A stretch of 64,000 nt of DNA from Lama glama. Lineage: Eukaryota. The notes under the pieces were generated by a model, which did no database searches, was not told the DNA's origin, and saw only the letters and a list, made by a program, of their open reading frames with translations. Below, in pieces: positions 11,810 to 23,450 of this stretch. Position 1 is the stretch's first letter. Each line of letters opens with the position of its first letter. A program made the translations under genes and the position numbers. The DNA is taken from NCBI GenBank assembly GCA_028534125.1, contig CM052816.1:77130001-77194000 (forward strand), written 5' to 3'.

Positions 11810-12070
11810 AAATTATTCATTTATTGAAGTATAGTTAATTTACAATGCTGTGTTAATTTCTGGTGTACATTATAGCGATTCATTTTACATGTTATATATT
11901 TCTTTTCATATTCTTTTTCATTATAGACCATTACAAGGTATTGAATATAGTTCCCTGCGCTATACAGTAGTACCTTGTTTATCTATTTTATGTATAGTAG
12001 TTAGTATCTGCGAATCCCAAACTTGCAGTGTATCCCTCCCCCACCTCCCCCTCCTCCATCCTGTAACCTT
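11810..12070 (-). mobile_element. L1 3'UTR fragment
   Basis: ttattgaagtatagttaatttacaatg...tatagttccctg.gctatacagtag. Confidence 0.9.
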
Positions 12071-12565
12071 ATTGGGAATTTTCTGTTTCGTGCAGCTGAA
12101 GCTAACTTTGATTCACACTCTCATAGCCCTACTTCCGCACCCTTTGCCAAGGTAAAACCCACCACTCCCTGGAAAAATAACCAAGTCCTACATCATTTGG
12201 TACTTTCTTGTGTTTTGCATTTCCCTATAATGGCTTTTCTCTTCGGGCTAACTTCTGCTGGTTCAGCAGCAGCAAAAAGGATGAATTTTGGTCTCTGAGA
12301 TGACTGTATGTATAGAAGTGAGCTTTAGCCAATGGGAAAGAGGAAGAGGGCTGCCACTCTGGTTTATGACTTACTCTCTCCTTGAGTGTTCTCTCCTCAT
12401 CATAACAAGGATTAATTTCCCTTTAAATATAAATATTCGATTAGCACAAAGAAGTCATATTCTTCATATCCACATGCATTTGACTGTATTTCACACACAT
12501 TAGTGCTTTTATTTTAAGGAGTGGATTTGACCCCTCTTTGCCCTTGGTTACATTGCCAAATCGTA

Positions 12566-14490
12566 CTGAGGCAGACCTCAGAGATATTGTGGGCTCAGCT
12601 CCAGACCACAGCAATAAAGTGAATATTGCAATAAAGCGAGTCACAAGAATTTTTTGGTTTTCCAGTCATATAAAAGTTATGTTTACACTACACTGTAGTC
12701 TATTCAGTGTGCAAAAGCATTATGTCTGAAAACACAATGTACATGCAATTAAAAAGTATTCTATTGCTAAAAAATGCTAACCATCATCTGAGGCTTCAAC
12801 AAGTTGTACTGTTTTACTGTTGGTGGGTCTTGCCTCCATGTTGATGGCCGCTGACCAATTAGGTGGTGGTTGCTGAAGGCTAGGGCGGCTGTGGCAGTTT
12901 CTTAAAATAAGACAACAGTGAAGTTTGCTGCATCGATTGACTCTTCCTTTAATAAATGATTTCTTTGCAGCGTGCAATGCTGTTAGCATTTTACCCACAG
13001 TAGAACTTCTTTCCAAATTAGAGTCAACCCTCTCAAACTCTGCCACCGCTTAATCAACTAAGCTTATGTCAGATTCTGAATTCTTTGTTGTTATTTCAAC
13101 AATCTTTACAGCATCTTCCCCAGGAGTAGATTCCATCTCAAGAAACTTTCTTTGCTCATCCATTAAAAGGAACACCTCATCTGTTAAAATTTTATCATGA
13201 GGTTGCAGCAATTCACCCACATCTTCAGGCTCCACTTCTGATTGTGGTTCTCTTGCAGTTTTCACCAAATCTGCAGGAACTTCCTCCACTGGAGTCTTGA
13301 ACCCCTCAAAGTCATCCATGAGGGTTGGAATCAACTTCTTCCAAACTCCTATGAAAGTTGATATTTTGACCTCTCCCCAAGAGTCACAGATGTTCTTAAT
13401 GGCATCTAGAATGGTGGATCCCTTCCAGAAGGTTTCTAGTCAACTTGTCCAGAGCCATCAGAGAAATCACTATCTATGGCAGTCATAGTCTAATGAACTG
13501 TATTTCTTAATGAGTCTTGACAGTCAAAATGACTCCCTGATCCATGGGCTGCAGAACGGATGTTTTGCTAGAAAGCATGAAAACATTAATTTCATTGCAC
13601 GTCTTCATCAGAGCCAGGCACTGACTTCTCCTAGATAACATCTTCCAACAGAAGGCTGCTTCCCTTACTTAGAAAATCAGTGTTGAGCATAGCCACTTTC
13701 GTGTTCTTTGATGCTATGAAGACGGCTTCTTTCCTTCAACCTCATGAAGCAACCTCTGCCAGCTTCAGACTTTTCTTCTACAGCCTTCATAGAATGGAAA
13801 GATTTAGGGCCTTGCTCTGGATTAGGCTTTAGCTTAAGGGGATGTTGTGGCTGGTTTGATCTTCTATCCAGAACACTGAAACTTTCTCCACATCAGCAGT
13901 AAGGCTGTTTCACTTTCTTAAACATTTGTGTGTTTAAGAAAGTAGCACTTTTAGTTTCCTTCAAGAACTTTCCCTTTGATTCACAATTCGGCTAGCTGTT
14001 TGGTGCAGGAGGCCTCGCTTTTGGTCTGTTTTGGCTTTCTGTGTGCCTTCCTCACTAAGCTTAATCATTTCGCGTTCTTGATTTAAAGTGAGAGACGTGC
14101 AACTTTTCCTTTCACTTAAACACTTAGAGGTGATTGTAGGGTTATTAATTGGCCTAATTTCAATATTGTTGTGTCTCGGGGAATAGGGAGGCCTCAGGAG
14201 ATGGAGAGATGGGGAAACAGCTGGTCAGTTGAGCAGTCAGAGCACACACATTTTGGGTTAAGTTTGCTGTCTTATATGGGCATGGTTTTGTGGTGCCCCC
14301 AAATAATTATAATGGTAACGTCAAAGATCATTGAGCATAGGTCATCGTAACAAATATAATAATAATAGAAAAGCTTGAAATATTGCAAGAATTACCAATA
14401 TATGACCAGAGACATGAAGTGAACAAATGCTGTTGGAAAAGTGATGCCAATAGACTTACTTTACACAGGATTGCCACAACCTTCAATTTG
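12566..14490 (-). mobile_element. Tigger1 DNA transposon (Tc1/mariner-pogo), internally deleted, with a pseudogenised transposase
   Basis: Terminal sequence ggcagacctcagagatattgtgggctcagctccagaccac; transposase peptide [15 protein letters not shown]...[21 protein letters not shown] (13050-13334); 5' subterminal sequence near 14400-14490. Confidence 0.92.
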
Positions 14491-15084
14491 AAAATTTGTG
14501 GTAACATTGTTACAAAGCATTATATGTATATTATATGATAAGGCAATATATATACATAAAATACAGCTATTACAATAATGAGTTTGGTCTTAGAAAGGGA
14601 AAGAAAGTGCAAATTCCTTTGATGAAGACTTTTCAGAGCAAGATGATAAATATGATTGTATTCTGGAAGACTGGCGATGGGAACATAGGCGATGGGGACA
14701 GAGGTTTGCCTTATACTGTGCTAAATGTTTTTTAGTGGGAGGGTGGCTACAAACAAGGCTGGAAATTCAACCATTCAGGTACAAAAGAAGCTGGAATTAG
14801 AAAGGAAACTAACAGTGGGAACTAGTAAGAAAAATACTGTATACATATTTGTGACAGAGAAAGGGGACAGTTGATCTCTGAAGCAAAAGTCAAAAAAGCT
14901 ATGTGTTACAAAAATAACCAGCATTGGGATTTGGGTCATGGTGCTGGAGACGGTTGAGGTGGTGGTGTTGAGAGGTTGGTGAGGGTTCTGCCCTTAGACT
15001 GTGGGAGGCAGGTGAGAGAAGCATTTCTGGAAAAGGATGCTTCTGGGATCGGAGCAGTGAGATGGACTCAAAGTCTGGTTCTGT

Positions 15085-15290
15085 GGGTCCTGGGTTGGAA
15101 GGCCTGTGTCTGAGTCCCAGATCCATCTGTGTTACATTGACCAAATGACTTCATCTTTCCAAGCCTTAGATTCTCCATCTGTAGAGTGGGGCTAATTACA
15201 GGACTGGTCTCATAGAATCACTGTTGGATCAATGAGGTAATGCCTGCTAAGTGTCCAGCCTGGCACACAGTAAAGGCCTAATCACTGATA
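15085..15290 (+). mobile_element. MIR SINE
   Basis: gcctt.gattctccatctgtagagtgggg...cctggcacacagtaa. Confidence 0.7.
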
Positions 15291-15434
15291 GCTTTGAAAA
15301 AGTAATGACTGGATGAGGAGTCATAAGATGTGGTCACATTCAGGCTTTCCTGAAAGTACCTGTAGCCATCAGACACACATCGCCTCACCTCTTTGACCTG
15401 CGATGGCCCATCATGGTGTCATGACTGCTCCAGC

Positions 15435-15612
15435 CACTGATTTTCTTCCTTGGCTGCATGTTGAAATTAACTGGGGGATTTAAAATATACTGATGCTTGG
15501 GCCCCATTCCTAGAGATTCTGTTTTAATGGTCTGGGGTATGGCGTGGGAGTCAGGATTTTGAAAAATCCCCCGGGTGATGCTAATGTGTAGCCGAGCTTG
15601 AGAATCACTGTT
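15435..15612. mobile_element. MER5A-like hAT-Charlie MITE
   Basis: ccttggctgcatgttgaaattaactggggg...tactgatgcttgggcccca...ggtgatgctaatgtgtagcc...ttgagaatcactg. Confidence 0.8.
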
Positions 15613-15724
15613 TCTTCCCTTCAGTTGTTCCCTAGTGGCTACCCCTGCATGTTTAAGGTGTACTGGTGTTGTTTACCCAGCTAGATGACAAGGCCTTGTG
15701 CACTCAGCTGTGTGTTACCCTTTA

Positions 15725-16040
15725 TTGCCTGGCAGAGTAAGAGGCACAGGGGACTGGAAGCCAAAAGGCTTGGATTCTTGGTCTGGTTTTCCTACCTGGC
15801 TGTGGGATACTAGGTCATAGTAAGATTGATCATGTCCTGTGTCCAGACTCTATTCCAATACTTTGCATGTATTTGTCCATTGATCCTATCAGCCTGATGA
15901 GACAGGCAGTATTGTTAGCTTCAGAGTTAGTAATAGCCCAGAGAAGTTAGTCACTTGCCCGAGGCCACACCACTGTGTATCTGGATGTGAACCCAGGAGG
16001 CCTGAGTGCCCACCATGAGCCACCCCACGCTCTCAGACTG
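15725..16040. mobile_element. MIR fragments in both orientations
   Basis: cttggattcttggtctgg on plus; gagaagttagtcacttgcccgaggccacac on minus. Confidence 0.6.
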
Positions 16041-16318
16041 ATACCAGACTGCTCTTGATCCTGTTCATCCCTACGTGGAGAAGCTGGACCATCCTTGGGT
16101 CCCTCCCAACTCTGATGGCCCCTCAGCACCTGGTAGAAATGTCGTGCAGTGGGTGCTCTGGCACTACCTGGCCATGGATTGATTATTAAATCGAGGAATT
16201 GACCTCAGACCAGAATGGGCACCACAGGGCAAGGAGGGCAGACACATGGAAGTCATGTCCTAGGAGGGTGGTTCTGCTCAAAAAAGGGACCTAGCTAAAA
16301 GGAGAATGTTATACTTAC

Positions 16319-16404
16319 CATTGTGCATCCCTTTGCATCTTGGGCCTCTTTAGCCAACCCAGTGAGGAGAGGGATGTGGTCAAGTCAGCAGAGGCTAGTT
16401 TAGC
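16319..16404 (-). other. candidate 86-nt spliced exon (probably non-coding)
   Basis: Minus strand: branch-like gctaat, then cattccctttcaacatcttag| ... ACAATG|gtaagtat. Confidence 0.4.
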
Positions 16405-18859
16405 CTAAGATGTTGAAAGGGAATGCGCTTCATTAGCACTAAACTCTCCATAAAATGACACACACAGTCCTTTGTTAGTCATGCTCTGAAAGAATGAAAG
16501 AATACGGATGGTGCTGATGATGGAGAAAAACACTAAGGAAATTAATGATGATACAGAGAAGAGAGAGGAAGAGTTTAGGTGAAGCAACAATAGGGGTCAA
16601 CAAAAAACGTATGTCCCCCTGGGAAGGCTCGGCTGTAGTGCGGGAACAGTAGGCTTACAGAAACCTAATTTAACATATGAAAGGACAGAAAGATCCTACA
16701 GTCTGAGGGACTGGGATACCCAGGAGTCTAACATCTAGGTTACTAAGGGTAAAACAAGAGGCTGAGATAAAAAAAGGTACAAAGTATGATTTCCCCAGTG
16801 AAATACAGAGTAATCAAATGCAGATGCCTTAATCTGCATAGATTCTAAGAAAAAGAAGACAGGGACTTGGTTGAAGCTTCAAGCTCGGTGATGGTGGCCA
16901 CGTTGTATTAGCTAATGACCATTAGAAAGTTAGTATTCGGAATTTTAGGTGTGAATAAATACCCAGGGGAACCAACGTGACCTTCCCTGCATACAATCCC
17001 GGCAGGAACTCTCCCAGAAGAAAATCTGCAGACATTGGATCTCAGTTGTTAGAAGGTGCTTCACATCCCTTGGCAGCCATTGCAGGTGCCTGAACACGAC
17101 ATGATGGGCCCAGAGACCTGGGGAGGCTCCAGCTCTCAAATATCCTCCTCTAATAATGGGAATAAAAATCCCCAGCTTTAAAATTCACAGAAAGTTGATT
17201 TAGAAATTATCTAGTTGAACCTCTGATGTTACAGAATTTTTTTTTTAATTGAAATTGAGTAGTGAAGTGTCTGGCCTGGGAAACACAGCCAAGACTAGAG
17301 TACCAAGACTAGAGTGGGGTCTTTGAACAACCAGCCCACTGCTTTTTCTCTTAAACCTCCCTACCCTTCAGATGCAAGGGTTAATATTGGGGTGCCCTCA
17401 GGAGAAGTAATTGGGTTTAAATTCATACTCAAGTGTACATGACTAATATAAAAGCATTTTCTTTCCAGCAGGTTATAACTGGGTGGAATGCATAGAACTT
17501 AGAGACCTGAACATTGGCAGAGAAAGGAAAGTGTCAAGACTGATGGGGAAAGTCAAAGAAAGGGGTGTGGGTCGGAGAATGAGGGCAGGCAGAGCTGATT
17601 TCACAACTTAGCCTGGCACTGGACCTCCAGAGTTGAACATGAAGTGGGCCCCCTTTCCCCCCTCCCCACCTCAGGACACCGGAAGAGGGAGAAGAATGAA
17701 TGTGTTTATAAGTGAGCACATCTTAAATCACATGTGCCAAAACCACCCACCAACCCAGAGCTCAGAGGAAGCCCCTAAAGGCTGGCCCTGAGTGACTCCA
17801 TCCCATTACCAAGAAGCTCCTGCATTAAGGCTATTTCTGCTTCGTCCAAAAGGTTTTTAGTTACCTTCAGAGTCAACAGGAAATTAATAAGCAAGTAGAA
17901 AATTGAAAGAAGATCTTCATCTCACTGTAGGAGTCATTAAAATAAAAGCAGATTTGGCGAATGACAAGTGGTATTTTAAAAAGTCTCTCTTCTACCCTCT
18001 TACTCAATAAGTTGAAGATTCCAATACTAAAAGCCTGAGAAACAGAGGCTCCTTGGAGGATGGGGTACACAGTGTCCTAGGACCTGCTCCCCTCTACTGA
18101 GCATGCCAGCCTGATGGCCATCCAAATAGCTCTCCCCTTGTGTGCTCAAAAAGTCCCTGGAAACCCGTCCACGTGATGACATGGTCTATTTAAAACTTCC
18201 TGGACTCATCTCAGGCCATATCTCTATCCTGTATTGTTTGACTTGCCTCTCCCTTTAAGCTCTTGGGGGAAAGAGCTTTTTTTGTTCCTTGTTTTGGAAT
18301 GCTTTTATTTATTATTGTAAGCCTGGGTGGAGAATGTACTTCCTTGCTTATCGCACAGTTATGTAGAAATATTAAATAATAATAATACCTGGATGCAGTG
18401 GAAAACATAAAACTCTGCCTATCATATAACCTTTGCTCTGCCATCCTGAATATCTGGGGAAGCAGCTTCTCTTCGCCTTCCTTATTACGGAAACTAGAAA
18501 CCTGGAGACCCTAAATTTGAGAACTGATATATGGAAGGATGGCAAGAAAAAATGTTCTCTTCTCTTCCACTAGCTTCTAACCTATTGATCTTTAAAAGTT
18601 CCCCTCCTTCCCGTGTCCCAAAGTGGTGTGAAGAGAATGGATACAGAGTCAAATGCATTTCATGTGGAGTCTTAGTTAGGACCCTGGAGCTGCAAATAAC
18701 AGAAATCAACTCCAGTTGGCTTAAGCAAAGCAGGGCGTTTATTGGAGAACCACTGGGGTTTCTCACAGAACCCACAGGCAGGACTCAGGAGCCTGTCAGG
18801 AAACTCAGGCCAGGCTCTTCTGCTCTCTCTCTGCCTCTCAGCTTTGTTTTCTGGCCCCC

Positions 18860-18975
18860 CACTAAATGTGAGTCTCATGAAAACAGGGCTTTTGCCTGGT
18901 TTGTTTCCTGCAGGCTCACCCATGCCTAGAACAGTGCCTGGCACATAGTAGTTGCTCAGTCAGCACTTAATAATT
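18860..18975 (+). mobile_element. L2 3' end
   Basis: gcctagaacagtgcctggcacatagtagttgctcag. Confidence 0.8.
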
Positions 18976-19153
18976 TATTTCTCTGCAGAGCAGCTTCCTG
19001 TGTTCCTCTGTGGGTGTATCAGAAGGCAGGCGCCCCCTCAGTATCTGAATTTCCATCTTTGAAATTCAGGCTGGTATGAAGTGTCCATTTCTGGTTAGTC
19101 AACTCCAGCCAGGGAATGGAGTTTCCTCACAAATTGGATTGAGGCAGAGGCAT

Positions 19154-19253
19154 NNNNNNNNNNNNNNNNNNNNNNNNNNNNNNNNNNNNNNNNNNNNNNN
19201 NNNNNNNNNNNNNNNNNNNNNNNNNNNNNNNNNNNNNNNNNNNNNNNNNNNNN
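19154..19253. other. assembly gap (100 N)
   Basis: Run of N. Confidence 1.
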
Positions 19254-19938
19254 AGTTTCTGGCATACAGCATAATTTTTCAGTCATACATGTACATACAT
19301 ATATTCATTTTCATATTCGTTTTCATTATAGGTTACTCTAAGATATTGAATATAGTTCCCTGTGCTATACAGTATAAACTTGTTATCTATCTACTTGATA
19401 TATGGTAGGTAGTGTCTGCAAATCTTGAACTCCCAATTTATCCCTTCCCACCCTCTTTCCCCCCGGTAACCACAAGTTTGTTTTCTATGTCTGTGAATCT
19501 GTTTCTGTTTTATAAAGAAGATCATTTGTGTCTTTTTTTTTTCTCAGATTCCACTTATGAGTGATATCATATGGTATTCTTCTTTCTCTTTCTGGCTTAC
19601 TTCACTTACAATGACAACCTCCATGTCCATCCATGTTGCTACAAATGGCATTATTTTATTCATTTTTATGGCTGAGTAGGATTCCATTGTATAAATATAC
19701 TACAACTTCTTTATCCACTCATCTTTTGATGGACATTTCGGTTGTTTCCATGTTTTGGCTATTGTAAATAGTGCTGCTATGAACATTGGGGTGCATGTAT
19801 CTTTTGAATTAGAGTTCCCTGTGGATATATGCTGAGTAGTGGGGTTGCTGGATCATATGGTAATTCTACTTTTAGTTTTGTAAGGAATCTCTATACTGTT
19901 TTCTATAATGGCTGCACCAAACCACATTCCCACCACAG
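19254..19938 (-). mobile_element. L1 3' fragment (ORF2 end plus 3'UTR)
   Basis: High similarity to the L1 at 1123-1742 (gctattgtaaatagtgctgctatgaacattggggtgca). Confidence 0.92.
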
Positions 19939-20519
19939 ATCTAATTATTAAGAGATCCACCCATATATCTGTTTGACTTCCATTGGTCCCCCTTTTGGAA
20001 TCAGAGAGAGTAAATTTATTTTCTGTATAACAACCCTTAAAGAAATGCTTTGAAGAAAGTGATCATGTCATGTTGTCTTTTCCTTGGAGTGATGAATAAA
20101 TGCCATCTGTGCAGTCATTACATTGTGTCTAAGATTGCTTTTCTGATTCCTGAAAATGACAGAATCAGTGACTCAATTGTGGATAGAAGATTGGCCTCCC
20201 AGATATTGGGCAGCGTGATCTTGGTCCCCACCTACAAGATAGACTTCATGTGTCTTTTCAGTCATTCTTTACAGATAAAAAACAGTTTTCATCAGTGATG
20301 ACATGCCCTGCTTTGAGGAACATGTGTTACCTGCCAAGGGTAGATGACTAAAGGAGCTGAAATTTATTACCTGGTTACTTTGAACCAATGAAGATCTAAC
20401 TGGTAGCCTGTACCTGTCCCCAAGCTAATGGTATCTTTATTTAATTTGTTGGCCCCTTTTTATCTTCTCTTTTCAAGGCTAAATACACACATAACCTCTC
20501 TCTCTCTCTCTTTTAACAT

Positions 20520-20800
20520 TGAATTCAATTCATGTAACAAACATTTAGAGAACACCAACTACTTGGGAAGAATTGTACTATTTGTTGGAATAACAGATAA
20601 AAGATAAGATTTCTATCTTCACAGAATTTACAGTGCAGTAAGAATAGAAAGCTGAATAAACAGATGACTTTAACCTAGGATAAGTGTGTGACAAAGGTGT
20701 AGATAAGGACTATCAGCAGCAGGCGGGAGGGGAAGCACTGGACAGCAGGTAGGAAGGGAGATCTGGTAATGCTGCCTGGCAAAGGTGGTGCCTGAGTCTC
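20520..20800 (-). mobile_element. L2 fragment
   Basis: caacaaacattta-like start, then cacagaatttacagtgcagt. Confidence 0.5.
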
Positions 20801-20989
20801 AGAGGAGGAGGAGGAGTCAGCTGGATGAGGCAGGATGGGTGAGGCACCAAGTGGTAGACCAGCCAGAGATTTTGCATTTGCCAAGCTGTGGAGAAGTTAA
20901 CATAATGGTTTGTTTGGAACACGGCTGAAGCAAAGAATTATGAGCGCCAGAGTAGCAAGACAGATAAGGTGGAACAGGTGTGGATGAGC

Positions 20990-21495
20990 TGTAGCAATTG
21001 GCTATTGCTCCAGGACAAACCATCTCACAACCCAATGACTTAAGACAATAAGCTTTTATTATTGCTCTCAAGTCAACAGGTCAGCTGGGAAGTTCTGCTG
21101 AACTGGCCCAGGCCCGTCTGATCTCTACTTGCTCATGAGTCAGCGGTCAGGTGGCGGACTGGGGACTAACTGGGCCTGGATGGCCCCACTTGCAAGCTGG
21201 CAGTTTGCTGGCTGTCAGCTGGGTGTCAAGGTGATGTGCTTCTCACCATTCAGCTGGCTAGCCTGGGCTTGTTCACACAGCGGTGGCAGAAAGAAAGTGG
21301 AAACACAGCCGGCCACTTAGAACCTCGGTTTGGAACCATCACTTCTGTCCCGTTTTATTAGCCATAGCAGGTCACAAGACCACTTCATTCAAGGGACAGG
21401 GACATCTCGTGATGGGAGATGCTGCAAGGTCTTGTTGCAAAGGGTGTATATATAGGAAGAGGTGAATAATTGTAGTCATTTTTGCAGTCCATACA
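20990..21495 (-). mobile_element. MLT1 (MaLR) LTR
   Basis: ggctattgct...gacttaagacaataagc...ggtcagctggg...gcctgggcttgttcaca...catcacttctgtcccgttttatt. Confidence 0.75.
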
Positions 21496-21569
21496 GTACA
21501 AGTAACATAGATGATTAGAATTTCTCTTGAAAGAGATTGGAAAATATCAAAAGGATATATCATTATGAA

Positions 21570-21950
21570 ACTTTTATTAGTAATGTATATTTTTAAATAA
21601 TAAATTTTATTTTAAAATTATGTTGAAATATTTTATTAATTTCTATTATATATTATTTATACTTATATATATTATATATTGTATATAATATATATTATAT
21701 ATTGTTTATATGTTATATGTATTATTTATATATTTTATTATAGATATTATGTTTATAGATGTTATATATTTTATTATATATTTATATATTATATAATTTA
21801 TATTAATTATAATATATATTATTTATATATTACTTTATTATATATTATATATAAACAAATTTGTTATATATGTAATATATTTATATATAATATTTAGTAT
21901 TATATAATATAAATAATGTTGATTATTTATTTATTAGATTAACATTTTAA
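21570..21950. repeat. extreme AT-rich low-complexity tract
   Basis: About 380 bp of almost exclusively A/T, degenerate (TATAT)n. Confidence 0.95.
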
Positions 21951-22089
21951 AAGGTTAGCTTTCTTTTGCACATGTAACATTAAAGCACATTCTCCTTTAA
22001 AAAAAGGGATTTCAGGTAAGTCTAAAGTCCTGCCAACCATGTCTTTGTGGAGTAGGATAATATGGATGGTTCCCTGAATACCACCCTCC

Positions 22090-22545
22090 AGGTTGATGTG
22101 GACTGTTCCCCAGCATCTTTTGCCTCTGGTTGTCCAGCTAATTAGGAAGCCACCTGAATCTCTTTGCCCCTAGACCACATTCTCTACTTCTCCACAAGGA
22201 TATTATAAGAAACATTGTCAACAGCCTCATGACATCCAGGTCTAACATGTCTACAACATTCCTTATTGATTCTTGGTCTAGTAAACCTGTCAGGAAAGAG
22301 AATGCAGGAGGTTCAGTCTTCCAGCTTGGCTCTCTAAATCTCCTTTGCCAGTCGCTCACAACTCCTTTAATAACCCATTCTAGAAGGTGGCTCAAGTTTC
22401 ATACTGAAGTGACTAGTCTATTATATGGGGCATCCTCAGTGATGCACTTTTTGAAGTATGGAATCCAGTGCCCCTTCCATCGCCAATGAACAAAGTTTGC
22501 ATCATGTCATCCCTGGGTCCCCCCAGTTCCCTGAGAGAAATTTCA
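22090..22545 (-). mobile_element. CR1/L3 LINE reverse-transcriptase remnant
   Basis: Minus translation LLD...NVVDMLDLD matches the CR1 RT motif VDVIYLDFSKAF; a downstream frame reads CGLG..RFRW. Confidence 0.65.
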
Positions 22546-23144
22546 CCACAGCCCACCTGCTGATCTCATTTAGATCTGCCAGACGCTGAGGTGAGCACCT
22601 CTTTTGTCTGGATCTTCAGTTCTCTCAGGCCAGTGAGCTGCAGTCTTCCTACCTGACATGGGAAAAAGATAAAGAAAGACAGGAGGAGATGGGGAGAAGG
22701 GAGGAAAGAAGAGAAGGAAGGAGGGAGGGGAAGGAAAGGAGAAGCAGGAGGAGAATTAGATGTGTGCTTTTTAGGTTCTGTCATCAATTGATCTTGTACG
22801 ACACGCCCTATTTGACGGACTTCTGCATTTCTTGTGCACATCTTATGCAGCATCTAATTAAATAGAAAACTCTCTTTGGAATGCTTTTTTCTGGAAGGAG
22901 TCATAAGAAACTGTTAGCAGTGGTTGCACTTGAGGAGGAGAGCTGGGGCAAGCTTGTCGGAGTAGTTTTTCCTGTGGTGTTTTTCTCTTCTGATTGAATT
23001 CTCTGAGCATGCCGGAGAGACTCAGCTAGAAAATGGAATAATGGAACATGTCTCTGGTTTGCTTCCTAATTTCTCTCTTTTTATTAAAAAAATATTTCAA
23101 AGGTGAAAATAACCACTTTTTGTTGTTTTTACATCAGGAACAAA

Positions 23145-23224
23145 TATTATATATATACATATGTATATACAGTATATATAATATATATGTATGTGTGCAT
23201 GTGTGTGTATATATATATATATAT
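23145..23224. repeat. (TA)n/(TG)n compound microsatellite
   Basis: Seen directly. Confidence 0.85.
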
Positions 23225-23450
23225 GAAGCACTTACTTTGTGCCTGGCACCATGATAATGTGTGTGCTGTATGTTTATTATCTTCTTTGCCCTTTATCCAG
23301 AGGGGTTACTTACACACAGTTTTAAAGATGAGGAAACAAAGGCACAAAGCAGTCTTGCAACTTGTCTGAGGTCACACAGCTACCAGAGTCAGTGCCAGGA
23401 TTTACCCTGCCCCTCAGTTCTATCAGATTCCACAGCCAAGGTTTATCCAC
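23225..23450 (-). mobile_element. MIR SINE
   Basis: ttttaaagatgaggaaacaaaggcacaaag...cttgtctgaggtcacacagct. Confidence 0.8.

Noticed and set aside
12777..13334. TIGD1-like protein-coding gene
   Set aside because: Fragmented frames inside a Tigger1 fossil
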